The notes below the pieces were generated by a model. The model did not search any database. It saw only the letters and a program-made list of their open reading frames with translations, and was not told the origin of the DNA. Positions 10,301 to 20,922 of a stretch of DNA of 64,000 nt are shown here, one piece after another. The stretch lies in the IMG/VR virus record IMGVR_UViG_3300043468_001158, one strand, 5' to 3'. The DNA is from a virus. Taxonomy: Duplodnaviria > Caudoviricetes. The stretch's first letter is position 1; each line of letters opens with the position of its first letter. A program made the translations under genes and the position numbers.

Positions 10301-13300
10301 CCTAAAGTATCACATGAAATGACTGATTGAGTATGGAATGTTACATTAGCAGTTGGAGCCGGTTTGCTCACAATAGTATATGCATCAGCTTTTGGAAGAG
10401 CAATCATTTCACCAATAGTAGTAACCTCTAAACGATGAGTTCTTAACTCAGGTTCAAACTTCAATGACGTATTCAAGTCGCTCAGTGTGTACCAACGGTT
10501 TTCGTCAGTAGGCAAGATTGAAATGTAAGTTAACGGAGCTTGAACGACTAAGCTATCAGGTTGTTCAAAGAATAGCCTAGTATGTTTAAGAGTGCAATCA
10601 TTTGCATTCAACTTAAGTTCAGGATAAGTTGGAGTTCTTGCATCACCATACTCTGCTACTTTATAAGCCCAAAACTCATCAAGTTTTGCATGTTCAAATT
10701 TGACAGAGTTCAAGAATGCATCAATGCTGTACTGAGTGCCTTTTGCATTGACCATTGCTCTCCAGAAATTAAACTCTGAACGTTCGTTTGTTCTAAGTAA
10801 ATCAAAGTATCCTTTCTTACTAAAGCCTAATAACGAAAGAGCATGTTTAGTTGTATCATCGTTATCATATACTTTATCTGCATTGTAATAATGACCTACA
10901 TCATCGATGCTGCCTGCCAAGTTCTTCTTGAAGTCATGTCTATCATTCAGGAAGAACCCACCAAAAGTTGGTCTAAAAGTATGATTTCTTCTAGCTTTAG
11001 CATCAATCAATAGTTTCTCAACTGATAAGTTCAAGAATGGGTCATAGAACAAACCTTCTGGAAATGGTGAAGAAGTAATGTAGTTCTCAAATAAGATAAG
11101 ATGTTCATACTCGTCAATAGTTATATGAGACCCGAATATTGGAACATAGCCCGTGATTTCAGTATGGTCATCAAAACGAATGACCGTTGAACCATGTGGC
11201 TGAATGATGTCTCCAGTTACATCATAGATGAACTGTGAAGTTAGAATGTCATCAAAGCGACGTTGAACAAAAGAAGCTGGCAAACCTCTATTTGTAAACA
11301 ACCAAAACTTTTCCATGAATGGATTGACACCAAAACCTTTACCTGGAACTGTTCCTTTATACAACCCATCAATGAAGCGCTCTATTTCAAGTTGCCAATT
11401 CTCAAGTCTTCCGGAGATAGGGTCTTGAGCCGGATTATCACCTTGACCAAAGGCAAAGCCTTGGTCTTCAGTATACATTGCATAAGCATGTAAGAAATTG
11501 ACTACGTTTTGAATACCTGTGATATTGATTGGCAAATTAATTGATACTATACTTGTTACTTCTAAATAGTTTCTCCATTCATCGACTGAATGAGCTTTAG
11601 AAAAAGCATTGAAAGTTTCAAATGTTCCACTTGTATTTAGAGTATAAGTATCTATTTGTGGATGACGAGAGAAATAGTTCTCTATTCTAAACTTCCAATT
11701 AGAACCTTGATTTGGACCGGGTTTATATATATTATTTCCATTTGAATCTTGACCTAACCAAATCTTGTCTAATCCAATTTCAATTACTTGAACACGAAGT
11801 GCTTGAAGCCAAAGGTTCTTAGCAAGAGTGCTCTTATTCATGAATAGTCGATATGACGGGTCAGGAATATTGCGATAAGCATCATTTGATAAACGAAGAT
11901 TACCTTGTTCAATTAAAGTTCCTGAACGATATGCAAGTTGAGTTTTCCAATTTCTTAGTAACTGAACATTCTTAGAGACTGATGAATCCATTGCATTATA
12001 CGCTAAGAATTGTGTATAAAGTTGATTTAGTCCTTTATATGTAACTTTAGTTGCAGGAACAAAATTTGATGTTCCAGTTCCATTAGTAAGAAGAGTAACT
12101 TCAAACTTATCTCCTATAATCAATGGTCTCCCATTCTCAACTACCTCAAAGTTGAATGCAATATCAGCACCATTAGTAAAAGACGTTCCTTTATGTAAAA
12201 TGATAATAGTTTCATCTTTAGTTGCAAGAATAAGCTGAAGGTCTAATTGTTGATAAACTACTTCTAATGTAAAGTTTCTTGTGCCTCCAACTGATACATT
12301 GCTAAACACAATTTCAGGAATTCCTAATAAAGTATTACTTGTATGAACAGGTTCTCCATGTAACGAGAACTTATAATGGGTTAGTAAATCACCTGTCATT
12401 CTGTCTAATTCAAGTTCATTTGAAGCAAATGTTTGGAAACCCCAATTAGTTTCAAGAAACTTAACAGGATTTATCTTATAACTTGAACGTGCTTGTGAAT
12501 ATGCAAAGGCAATAGAATGTCGCCAAATAAGTTCAACAGGACCTTCATCTCCAAACAAGTAAGAGTCACGAACTCCTAACGGTTCAGCTGTCAAAAGAGC
12601 ATAAGAGCTTATCGGTGAAGAAAGAGAGACATAAGGTGGCAATAAAGTATCAGTATTAGGATTAACACAAAGTTTGATACCAGGATATAATGCTTGAACA
12701 TCAGTCCATAATGATGGATTCCATATTCTACACTCGTTGATAATAAAAGCATCAACATCAATAGTCAATGGAACTGAAGTTACTATCCAGAAAGACCCAG
12801 CATAAGGACCTTTATCAATCATAAAGAAGTCATATAAAGAAATATCACCTGAAGTATCATATCCAGCAACACGAGATAAAGTCAATCCATTCCAAACATA
12901 TAATCCGTTCTCAGAAGCATCTGTTTGAGATGTCAATAGAACAGTATCACCATTACCTAAACCAAAAGATGAAATACTAAGAGGCGGTACAATTGTCAAT
13001 AAATCAATGTTAGTAGTTGATACAATGCTTACACTTTGTTTTAAAATTCCTTGTGCTAATAATGATAATGGATAATCTGCTTCATATGCCCATTTACCTG
13101 GAATCGATGAAGGTTGTGCAAGTATAGCTTCTGCATAAGTGTCATGTCCAAAGAACTTCCAAGGTGTTGCATCAGGACGAGTAAGACCTGGAGCAATTCC
13201 AGCGAATGTCGCAAAATAAGCTTCATATAGTTTATGCCATCTTGCAATAGATGGTAGGGTTCCAACTGTTGCCAAATGATAGTTCCATGAAAACGGGTCA

Positions 13301-16300
13301 TTGATGTTATACACAGAACCTAATGGGTCATACGAGTTTTGAATAGCAAACTTAGCTAATTCATATTGCAAATTGTAAGGGTCTTGATAGACTGGGTTAG
13401 AAATATCCCATCTAAGAGTATTAACAGAAGAACCTAAAGTAGAAGCATCATAGAGTTTTTGTTCTGCTTTTAGAACTAATGCATTCACTATATCTTGGAT
13501 ATTGACAACAACCCAATTCAGCGGAGTTGAAGTAATATCCCATACTAAAGTTGTTGCATTGTAAAGTCTAAGTTCATTCGTAATTCGATTATACCAAGAC
13601 TTACCACTTGGGTTCAACACACCAGATACATCAGGTGCAACTTCACCTTCATAATCAACTGAAAGATACTTAAGCTCTGTACCATTATACCATAATTGAC
13701 CTCTATAAGGTTGAGTTGGCATCGAGACCGAAACTGTTCCTCGCGTAATAGTTCCATCATATCGTAATACTTCAGCTAAAGCAATGTTATGCGACAATGT
13801 TGAGTCTGCTGTAAAGATTGGAGATTGGTGTCCATCATGATGAATGGTAACATGTGCATCAAGTTCAAAGTCATATACTTGTAATGGTTGAACTGCATTC
13901 ATCATTCCCATCATTGGTAAAGTGATTGGCCAATATGTAATAGGCGCAGTTGTTGAACTGAACGCACCAACTGCAGCACCTTTTAGAGCATAATCTGCTT
14001 CATACATACTAAACAAGTTATCAAGACTTCCGTCAGCTGACATACCTAGTGCTTCGGGTAAAGAAGTCAAAATGTATTCAGGAATAGAGTTTAGTGCATT
14101 TCCATATTGAAGTTCTGCAAAATCTAACAACGAAATCGGAGTCAAATCTTGTTGGTTCAATAATGAGAAGAATAAGTTATGAGCTCCATTCAATGTTTTG
14201 ATTTTGCCACCAAAACCTGGGTTAGCATTTTGCAATAATCGATAGTTATTAGAACCAAATGAACTTCCAAAGAATTCAGGTTGATTTGCTATAGTGTTGA
14301 TAAAGTGATTAGACAAATCGCCAAATAGAATTTCAGAACGGTTTTCACGTTCAGGGTTCATCATCAATTGGGGAGGCGTAAGCCAGCATCCTGGATGATT
14401 GACATCATTGTAGATTGTACCTGTTTTTGGCATGCCATCTGCATCACTTATTGCATAACGAGGTTCTTCGTACGATGATGCAACACGGAATATCATATTA
14501 TCGCTTTGGGCACTAGTAAATGTTACTGAAGATGGAACAGGTGCATCAAAGTTGAATGCGATGAAATCACTATGATAAGTTGAACCGATTATCGCATTAG
14601 GTAATTGACCCGCTTTTGAACCTCTTACTTCATATGTTGTTGGGTTCTTATAGGTTAGTGTCCAAGTTTCGTTATTTGTATAGATAGAAGCTTCGATACC
14701 AGAGATGACAATGAATACCTCACTCTGGCTATATGTTCCATTAGCTTTTGGATGAATGAAGAACGAGATGTCCCCTGATGAACTTGTATAAGGAGTTCCT
14801 GCTACTGCATCGGGTGTCTGAATACCTGCTCTTGAACCTGTGACAGTAAAAGTAATCCCATCACTTTGTGGAACAATAGTCCATGTTTGACTATCAAGAA
14901 TTGGATTGATTTCAAGCGAAGTTAGATTGCCCGTACCACTTCTATCAATGATGGCTTCATTTACATAAGGTTCAACCGGTTGTTCTGATGAACGCCAAAT
15001 GGTTCTGATAACGCCATCCTGTTTGAATGCAAGCATTCTTCCATCGCTATCAGGGGTTTTGAGTCCTTGAGCAAAGTAAAAGTTACCCGTCTTATCTGCT
15101 TTGACACGACGTTGAAGCACAGCATCAAAATCTTCATTAGGGTCTTCGACATAGTAAAAGATTGAAGAAGTCCATGGAGCTTTAGTTCCATCAAGAGGCC
15201 AATATAAGTTGAACAGCGGAGGCTGATTGAACCTTGACTTGACTTGACCTGGAACAAGTTCAAGACCTTCATCATACTCAATGATTGGTCTTGTTGCGCG
15301 TTGAACTTCACCACTAGGATTTAGTCCAAATAGATGTAAATCTTTGCCATGAACCCAATAGTTAGAAGTTTGCCAATCAGAAAGTGGTTCTAGGTTAGCA
15401 TCCTCAGTATAAGTTTCTGCGTCTAAAGATTTGAACATCTTGCCATGATTAGTCGTTCCACTCTTTACATATACTTCTATTCCATTATTAGAGTAAGAAC
15501 CTTCTGTATCATATGTGCGAACCCAATTACCAGCAGAGACTAAGTAGATACCATTCTCACTTGATACCGCTTGGTTCTTGACTAATACTCTCATACCTTC
15601 AGTAAGAGTTACTCCATCTATAGAAGTAAAGGATAAAGTTCCTCTTGTTCCTGATAAGACTCCTGTTCCAATTCCGGTAAAACTTATTTGCGCAGGTAAA
15701 GTTGAAAGATGTTCAACTTGAATAGTAAACATATCTCCACTAACAAAAGGATTAGTTCCAACTTCAATAGTGAAAGCTAAAGGTTTAGAACCGCCTCCGC
15801 CTACATAAGTATAAGTTGAACCGCTAAAAGATATTGACTCAGGAATTGCATCAATAGAACCAACAATAGTAAATGACGTCGGTCCAGTAAAAGTTATAGT
15901 CCAAACTTGATTGAGTTTACCTGTTCCATTTAGAGCTTCAAGCGGGTTAGTTGTTGCTAATAAGACTGGAAGTTTCTGTTTACTTGATAGAGAAGGTTTA
16001 GCAATAGTATAGTATTCAGGTTTCTTTAGAGGGTTCCAACTAATATTTTCATAAGGTAAAGAAGATTGAACCCAAAAGTAACTTGAGTAATTTGCAAACT
16101 TGTCAATGTCAGTAGGTGGTGCAAAATTGAAAGCTTTTGATGACATCCAAGAACTTACTGTTGATAAGTCAATTCCAGAGATTTCTGCTTTGTTCAATAA
16201 GTCCGCAAATGACAGGAAATATTCTTCAGTTCCAACTTTAGTAGCTATCATTGGAACAAATTGGTTGAAAGCACGTTCAATACTTGATTGTGTTACCCAA

Positions 16301-16485
16301 GGTCGGGTTTCTTTAGCGTTCGGAAAATATCTGCCGATTAGTCCGTATAGTTTGACAGACTCTTCGTGTGTCAAACTTTTGTCAAACAAATCTGATAAGA
16401 GAGCGGTATTGACTGGGTTCTTGATGCTATTTGGAAGTAATGAAGTTAGACTTCTAAACGGTTTTGAGTAATCAGATGTTGACAT
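7306..16485 (-). CDS. Very large baseplate wedge/structural protein (3059 aa)
   Basis: Uninterrupted ORF directly downstream of gp6, with late promoter CATAAATAG (TAAATA at 16527-16532). Two RVLVKNQ/VLLTSQ-x-ENG(I/L)Y fibre-like modules. The gp7-like role is inferred from position. Confidence 0.6.
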   Translation of the reverse strand: MSTSDYSKPFRSLTSLLPNSIKNPVNTALLSDLFDKSLTHEESVKLYGLIGRYFPNAKETRPWVTQSSIERAFNQFVPMIATKVGTEEYFLSFADLLNKAEISGIDLSTVSSWMSSKAFNFAPPTDIDKFANYSSYFWVQSSLPYENISWNPLKKPEYYTIAKPSLSSKQKLPVLLATTNPLEALNGTGKLNQVWTITFTGPTSFTIVGSIDAIPESISFSGSTYTYVGGGGSKPLAFTIEVGTNPFVSGDMFTIQVEHLSTLPAQISFTGIGTGVLSGTRGTLSFTSIDGVTLTEGMRVLVKNQAVSSENGIYLVSAGNWVRTYDTEGSYSNNGIEVYVKSGTTNHGKMFKSLDAETYTEDANLEPLSDWQTSNYWVHGKDLHLFGLNPSGEVQRATRPIIEYDEGLELVPGQVKSRFNQPPLFNLYWPLDGTKAPWTSSIFYYVEDPNEDFDAVLQRRVKADKTGNFYFAQGLKTPDSDGRMLAFKQDGVIRTIWRSSEQPVEPYVNEAIIDRSGTGNLTSLEINPILDSQTWTIVPQSDGITFTVTGSRAGIQTPDAVAGTPYTSSSGDISFFIHPKANGTYSQSEVFIVISGIEASIYTNNETWTLTYKNPTTYEVRGSKAGQLPNAIIGSTYHSDFIAFNFDAPVPSSVTFTSAQSDNMIFRVASSYEEPRYAISDADGMPKTGTIYNDVNHPGCWLTPPQLMMNPERENRSEILFGDLSNHFINTIANQPEFFGSSFGSNNYRLLQNANPGFGGKIKTLNGAHNLFFSLLNQQDLTPISLLDFAELQYGNALNSIPEYILTSLPEALGMSADGSLDNLFSMYEADYALKGAAVGAFSSTTAPITYWPITLPMMGMMNAVQPLQVYDFELDAHVTIHHDGHQSPIFTADSTLSHNIALAEVLRYDGTITRGTVSVSMPTQPYRGQLWYNGTELKYLSVDYEGEVAPDVSGVLNPSGKSWYNRITNELRLYNATTLVWDITSTPLNWVVVNIQDIVNALVLKAEQKLYDASTLGSSVNTLRWDISNPVYQDPYNLQYELAKFAIQNSYDPLGSVYNINDPFSWNYHLATVGTLPSIARWHKLYEAYFATFAGIAPGLTRPDATPWKFFGHDTYAEAILAQPSSIPGKWAYEADYPLSLLAQGILKQSVSIVSTTNIDLLTIVPPLSISSFGLGNGDTVLLTSQTDASENGLYVWNGLTLSRVAGYDTSGDISLYDFFMIDKGPYAGSFWIVTSVPLTIDVDAFIINECRIWNPSLWTDVQALYPGIKLCVNPNTDTLLPPYVSLSSPISSYALLTAEPLGVRDSYLFGDEGPVELIWRHSIAFAYSQARSSYKINPVKFLETNWGFQTFASNELELDRMTGDLLTHYKFSLHGEPVHTSNTLLGIPEIVFSNVSVGGTRNFTLEVVYQQLDLQLILATKDETIIILHKGTSFTNGADIAFNFEVVENGRPLIIGDKFEVTLLTNGTGTSNFVPATKVTYKGLNQLYTQFLAYNAMDSSVSKNVQLLRNWKTQLAYRSGTLIEQGNLRLSNDAYRNIPDPSYRLFMNKSTLAKNLWLQALRVQVIEIGLDKIWLGQDSNGNNIYKPGPNQGSNWKFRIENYFSRHPQIDTYTLNTSGTFETFNAFSKAHSVDEWRNYLEVTSIVSINLPINITGIQNVVNFLHAYAMYTEDQGFAFGQGDNPAQDPISGRLENWQLEIERFIDGLYKGTVPGKGFGVNPFMEKFWLFTNRGLPASFVQRRFDDILTSQFIYDVTGDIIQPHGSTVIRFDDHTEITGYVPIFGSHITIDEYEHLILFENYITSSPFPEGLFYDPFLNLSVEKLLIDAKARRNHTFRPTFGGFFLNDRHDFKKNLAGSIDDVGHYYNADKVYDNDDTTKHALSLLGFSKKGYFDLLRTNERSEFNFWRAMVNAKGTQYSIDAFLNSVKFEHAKLDEFWAYKVAEYGDARTPTYPELKLNANDCTLKHTRLFFEQPDSLVVQAPLTYISILPTDENRWYTLSDLNTSLKFEPELRTHRLEVTTIGEMIALPKADAYTIVSKPAPTANVTFHTQSVISCDTLGTYEFELQVPAKPKFSPIKLFDYVDRALIEDITTWHPAFDNHTAIAMEVINVVSEKDPAFYNYSTLTVKNPNFDPQKSWGDREVGRTWWDKTLLEYVPYHDKQIFPTFEERLGRWGSMAEYSSINVYEWVKSSIAPSEYDARSAIDQLSADVALEDKKTGKAARKQSYKRTRTWEARPIAWSYVPTPPEAQDVQLFKAGTTRLTLNSPGVGETFVSLEKGRFAQYGLVPGMHFSGFLGGKPYGEAILNGPIAFTLSDGYHSGDMHVSAGDGNYFDVIQFVWSDNKNYKGAAIGHIEFEWSQVGSTYYIRAIEQASGGSLSVTQPLYDYSGQVGGSYEIDFVQLGIKMIATTAVATMTGAEISVALQQVLSPDVGLFNLEIKEVAPVTVLIQFPHSILDNVLPINLPVSYDNKLTVTGINAFSEVTFVKNPTASVGTYSVTGELNTTNDTYYLKLIQATPSGSSLVVSSLAIDTLTSVALAIQPLVETFSFNLGHITINVNVHPDYFASGVDAQQVIDELGTIGAMVVIGYDASTGSIGIENSTSTVLDEYGWIGYNVPTQEILDNDLKYPHNSWTPVYGDYVEVPSVRQVIDEIVAYEKEPLVLNDGTTVEKFNPVWGDWILLQQEVIRKFGSGNTLDLQVTSSNRIADNTLRLYLNGISQPRTFYSTNGTLISTTQAIPHGHEVVAIMSAYEPTSDELAFDPDVSDDPSIQTQYKSDYQYVIRPSRDSSGNITGDTYYFWVKDKTVPVGNKQLTCQQSAQLLREGPSTYLTFQELFDGAYHGITIAGLNMMVNKDNTYKLRFTRDFSLRDNPQDLDLKNSHTEWTLIRPQQDMKIPLTLWNKLVDSAAGTNLAGQAIPALNKVLYDERHGTRTRYGFRDDQVLADRSLIIASLTNSILNPKTSVYLNGINTTATINGLDLSQSSTWFVTPASTRQVLDYIWRHALPQHINELFFEVLNDALANNYEFTDIFKTSRLSVHSIITVTPETIVNNADVYF

Positions 16486-16552
16486 ATAAGGTTCTTCTTC
16501 TCTCGTATAAAAGGATGTATATCAACTATTTATGTACTTTAGCAAACTGTGA

Positions 16553-16791
16553 AAAAACTGACAGACTATATAATTGATTTCACCTGTGTCTAAGCAGTTG
16601 ATTTTATTACTCGAAAAACTGACAGACTAAGGGTATATATTATATTCAGTTGTCTCTCCCTCTTCTTCATTTTCATATCATTTTCTCTTTTACTTCTGGT
16701 TTGTCTTTTTCTAAGTAGTTGATTTTATTACTAAAAATATTTATCATTATCTTCGTAACTTATTGATTTATATACTAGTTTTCAAACACAT
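16553..16791. repeat. Copy 1 of a ~240-bp dispersed inverted repeat (non-coding, three IHF-consensus sites)
   Basis: 16598-16791 is the reverse complement of 53904-54097 with 1 mismatch in 194 bp. 16553-16581 matches 54114-54142 exactly. Internal direct repeat AAAAACTGACAGACTA at 16553 and 16614. Confidence 0.95.
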
Positions 16792-16829
16792 TATTTTTAC
16801 CGACCGATATGGCAGTACTTTTTAAGCAA

Positions 16830-16864
16830 AAAAGACGAAATGCTTAAAAAACATTTCGTCTTTT
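16830..16864. terminator. Intrinsic terminator hairpin (probably bidirectional) after gp6
   Basis: AAAAGACGAAATG-9 nt-CATTTCGTCTTTT: perfect 13-bp stem with A/T tracts on both sides. Confidence 0.8.
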
Positions 16865-16897
16865 ATATTTCTGCTAAAAGTTTGACAAGTAATGTCT

Positions 16898-19800
16898 TTA
16901 CAATCCACCTTGTCTAAGAACTGATGCATTCAATTCAGCAACAAGTTCAATGTCACTTAGCTGAGCACATGATTGAAGTATTTCATCAAGTCCTGAACTT
17001 ACAGTAAATAAAGAACCAAATGAATTCACTGCATAAATTGGAACAAGAACTACAGATGCAATTTCAGTTGGAAGTCTTTGGTGTATCAATGAGAACAATT
17101 CGGTTGCATAGAAAGTTTCGCCAAAGTCCCAGTTCTCAATTCCAAAGTAAGAGTTGATAACGGCAAGAACTTCAATCTTTAACTTCTCATCGGATAATGT
17201 TGATGTAATGGCTTTAACAACTTTGAATTTTGCACGGAACTGAGGTTCAGCTAATGCGCCAAACAGTAACTTAATCTTGCCAGGATGCAAGACCACAGTA
17301 TCCGATAACATTTTGTTATCAAGCAAGTCTGCAAATTGATTACGTAATTCAAGAGGTGTTGGTGGTGTCGGCAATACTAAAGTTCGTCCTTGTACATAGT
17401 TACTAATCGAGTTATAATAACCTTGAGTAAGAACGTAAGTATCATGAATGTTAGACACTGACGGGTCAATCAAGTTTTCGTATGGCGTAAAGTGTTGCCA
17501 CATAAAGTCAAGTGTCGTTCTTTTTAGAGTTCTTCCATAATAAACACCACCAATTTTTGCATTACTAACAAAACTTCCAGGAGCAAAGTAAGTTGTGGGG
17601 TCAAATGTTATATTAGCTGCATTTATTTCTGTTCCTGGAACTCTGATGCCTGAACTATCAAGTTGAAAGTATTCATAGTAATTACTTTCATTAGAAGCTG
17701 CTTCTGAAAACTCAGCAAATTGAAGAACACTATCCGGCAAAGTATTACCTGAAGTATCAATGTTTAACATATCCGATGGAATAACTTCAAGAGCATGCAA
17801 ATTGACTATACCATTACTATCAACTATTGGTCCAACTACATCATAGTTTTCATTATGTCCAAGTGGTCTTCCGTCAGGTTTCAAATTAGAACGCAATACT
17901 CGTATAGTATCATATACTCGATTTTTTGTTTGCGAGTCAATAATTTGAACTCCGGCATTATACCAAAACTTAGTATTCTGACTTGATACTTGTAACTTCA
18001 GTTCACGGAAATTGACAGTGAAACTGGTTGGCAATTGAGTTATAGGATTGAGAGTTGCTTTGACCCATATTAGCCATGAATTAGGATTTCTTACTCCAGG
18101 TGATATGTATAAAGTCGGGTCATAAGGAAGGACGTTTGGGTTGACTGTATTTCCCGAAGTAAGGTCAATACCATCAATCAATTCCCAACGACCGAGTAAG
18201 TTCAGTGTTGACACATTACTTGATGCTAGTGTAAATGCATATGGTCCCGGACCAACATCAGCTACTAAGTCAAGCGAATAACTTATCTTGATTGCATCAC
18301 CTGGCATTACTTGATAACTTGCAGTTGATAATTGTGATAAGGTAAAATCAATAGTATCAGAAGTAAAAGGTAAGTTCATCTCACCTGTGCCAATATACCC
18401 ACGAAGATTTGAACTAACATGAAGTAATGAACCGTTAGCAGCAACTTCAATCGTAATAACTTCTGCACCATATGTTAATGCATCAACTAAAATACGAGAA
18501 GTTAGTTGTCCAGTAAAGGTCAAGTCAGTCCCAACAATAGGAGTATGACGATTGAACGCAAGACCGAACTGAGATTGCCATGCAACTGATTGAAGACCTG
18601 AACCAACATCTCCAGGGATGTAAGGGTTTATACCGTCAATAGTTCGAGCAACAGTGTTTAGCCATATCTTCCCGTCATCCTCTGGATGTAACCCTGGGTC
18701 TTGTATACGTGCATATGAAATACCACTTATCGTTACAAAGTCAAGAGGTTCTCCATACCAATGTTGGTCAATTGCACCCTGTATCAATGTCTTTTCTTGA
18801 AGTGCACTTCGTTGACCAGTAGAATTCCAGTAGAGTTGTCTATTATCTTCAATGAATTGACGTCGTGTCAAACTTACCATGCCTGATGTAAGTGGGTCAG
18901 TTGAAGAAATATGTGCAAGCGTATTGATGATACCTGTAGATGATAGAAGAGGTTCAATGATTTCATCAATCAATCCTCGACTTGAAGTACTTGTTCCAGT
19001 TGAAAGAGAATTGATACCAAGTGCTAAGTCAATTGTCAAATCGTCGCCAAATAGTTTGATGTTTTGATATTGACCAGAAGCATCGTTCCATTCAATGTAT
19101 TTTGGTTGCCCTGCAAAAGTTCTATTCACTGAAGTCAATCTAAGAATAGATTGGTCTTTCAACATATAAGTATTGTAATCTTGAGCATTCACCATTCTAT
19201 TTTGAGCATAGTATGTTGAAGGTGCAGATTGACGAATATGTTCAATACTTTCTGAAGCAGCAGAGTTTTGAATAGTTGATGTAAGCGAGAATGTCATACC
19301 ACATGTTTCTGCCATACCTGTTGTAGGAGAAACATATTGAAACGCAAGTGGCTGATTGATAAGTCTATTTGTTGGAATGACGATACTTCTATTAGCTGAT
19401 TGACGCATCCAAAAGAAGAAGCGACCTACAGGAATATCTGAGAAGTCGCCATCGCCAAACATCAATTTAATTGCATCATTCTCTAAAGTTTCTACTTCAA
19501 ACTTTTTACGATTTTTGATGATATTGAATGATAAGTTTTGGTCCGCTAAAGTTTCTACTTCTTCCCAAATTTCTTCGATTGCTCCAGAAGAACTAACTCG
19601 TGTAACCCATACATCTGTATCATTGACATTGATTGGAGCTAATGATAACGCTCTATTCGGAATTGCTTCATTCATAACATATTCCAAACGGGTCAAGACA
19701 CCTTGCTTAGCATACATCAAAAAGCCAGTATAATCAGAACCATCACCAAGCCCATCATTTGAATAGATAACTGAAAGTTGTGAATTGACATCTGGAGTCT

Positions 19801-20467
19801 TTTCATACGGTCCATTTGAGTCTAACAAAACTGGCACAAGTTCCATTGGGAATGTTTCGATTCCAGTATCAACATTGAACGAGAAGATACCATTAGGAAT
19901 AGTATTCAAAGAATTGTTGAATGTATAGAGCTGCATTGATACATCGCCAATCTGTTGAAGACTTGCAAACTGTCCAAAGCTACCGGTCAAACATCTATTC
20001 ATGACTAAGAAGAAACGTTCTTTCCAAAGTGGAGAATTAGGGTCATTCCAAATGATGTTCAGCCCCGCTAAGTTGACGCCTTGGGAATCGATTACTCGTT
20101 CAGTAGTAGAGATTGAAGTAATCTTGACTAAACCACGAGCCGGGATATTGCGAGAAGGTGCATACGATATTAGTTTCGCTAACTTTAGAATTGATTGCTT
20201 TCTTTGCGCTGTACTAATAAAGTTTTCATGCGATAACATATCAACTCGATAAGCTAATTGTTCTGCAACATATGCAAAGCTTTCAATTAAAGTAATTAGC
20301 TCAGAACTTTCAATAAAGTCGTTGAAACTTTCTGGAAAGTAAATGCGAATATAATCAATGATACTTAGTTTAATTGTGCTATAATCATACGCTGCAAAAT
20401 TGATTTGCGAAAACGCTTGATATATCTTAGTCCAGCTTTCAGCTTGATAAAGGTTTTTGATTGACAT
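16898..20467 (-). CDS. gp6: Baseplate wedge protein, T4 gp6-like (1189 aa)
   Basis: N-terminal YDYSTIKLSIIDYIRIYFPESFNDFIESSE...AYRVDMLSHENFISTAQRKQSILKLAKLISY and central ESIEHIRQSAPSTYYAQNRMVNAQDY are gp6/baseplate-J signatures. TAAATA at 20510-20515. Confidence 0.85.
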   Translation of the reverse strand: MSIKNLYQAESWTKIYQAFSQINFAAYDYSTIKLSIIDYIRIYFPESFNDFIESSELITLIESFAYVAEQLAYRVDMLSHENFISTAQRKQSILKLAKLISYAPSRNIPARGLVKITSISTTERVIDSQGVNLAGLNIIWNDPNSPLWKERFFLVMNRCLTGSFGQFASLQQIGDVSMQLYTFNNSLNTIPNGIFSFNVDTGIETFPMELVPVLLDSNGPYEKTPDVNSQLSVIYSNDGLGDGSDYTGFLMYAKQGVLTRLEYVMNEAIPNRALSLAPINVNDTDVWVTRVSSSGAIEEIWEEVETLADQNLSFNIIKNRKKFEVETLENDAIKLMFGDGDFSDIPVGRFFFWMRQSANRSIVIPTNRLINQPLAFQYVSPTTGMAETCGMTFSLTSTIQNSAASESIEHIRQSAPSTYYAQNRMVNAQDYNTYMLKDQSILRLTSVNRTFAGQPKYIEWNDASGQYQNIKLFGDDLTIDLALGINSLSTGTSTSSRGLIDEIIEPLLSSTGIINTLAHISSTDPLTSGMVSLTRRQFIEDNRQLYWNSTGQRSALQEKTLIQGAIDQHWYGEPLDFVTISGISYARIQDPGLHPEDDGKIWLNTVARTIDGINPYIPGDVGSGLQSVAWQSQFGLAFNRHTPIVGTDLTFTGQLTSRILVDALTYGAEVITIEVAANGSLLHVSSNLRGYIGTGEMNLPFTSDTIDFTLSQLSTASYQVMPGDAIKISYSLDLVADVGPGPYAFTLASSNVSTLNLLGRWELIDGIDLTSGNTVNPNVLPYDPTLYISPGVRNPNSWLIWVKATLNPITQLPTSFTVNFRELKLQVSSQNTKFWYNAGVQIIDSQTKNRVYDTIRVLRSNLKPDGRPLGHNENYDVVGPIVDSNGIVNLHALEVIPSDMLNIDTSGNTLPDSVLQFAEFSEAASNESNYYEYFQLDSSGIRVPGTEINAANITFDPTTYFAPGSFVSNAKIGGVYYGRTLKRTTLDFMWQHFTPYENLIDPSVSNIHDTYVLTQGYYNSISNYVQGRTLVLPTPPTPLELRNQFADLLDNKMLSDTVVLHPGKIKLLFGALAEPQFRAKFKVVKAITSTLSDEKLKIEVLAVINSYFGIENWDFGETFYATELFSLIHQRLPTEIASVVLVPIYAVNSFGSLFTVSSGLDEILQSCAQLSDIELVAELNASVLRQGGL

Positions 20468-20537
20468 GTTAGTTAGATATTCCGTGTCGGCGAATGAAAT
20501 GCGATATTGTATTTATTAGGAATAGCATAAGATAATC

Positions 20538-20915
20538 CTATGCACTGGTTTTGACTTCTATTTTTAGCATATCTTGAACTCCAAACTCAAGATAGAAAAC
20601 ATCGACTAAACCGAGGATAACATTATTATCAGTTAATGAAACTACTTGCATATCAACCAATCTTACACGCGGGTCATATTCTATTACGTAACGAAGGTCA
20701 TCTTCTATGATCTTACGAGTATTCTCATCATTTGGTTCAAACGTAAGTAAAGGAATACGAGTTCCAAACGTGGGCATCATTACTCTATCACCTTTAGCAG
20801 TAAAGATGTGGTTGTATAAGTCTTGCTTGACTACTTCAAAGTTAGAGATACCAAACTGTTTAGAGCTCATCCACTTATTAGAAGAGAAGCCATGATACAA
20901 AGTTTTGAATGCCAT
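20538..20915 (-). CDS. gp25: Baseplate wedge subunit gp25 (GPW/gp25 family)
   Basis: VVKQDLYNHIFTAKGDRVMMPTFGTRIPLLTFEP...YDPRV motif. Confidence 0.9.
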   Translation of the reverse strand: MAFKTLYHGFSSNKWMSSKQFGISNFEVVKQDLYNHIFTAKGDRVMMPTFGTRIPLLTFEPNDENTRKIIEDDLRYVIEYDPRVRLVDMQVVSLTDNNVILGLVDVFYLEFGVQDMLKIEVKTSA

Positions 20916-20922
20916 TTACTTA

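Noticed and set aside
16553-16791. Repeat as an IS or MITE
   Set aside because: No terminal inverted repeats, target-site duplication or transposase were seen.
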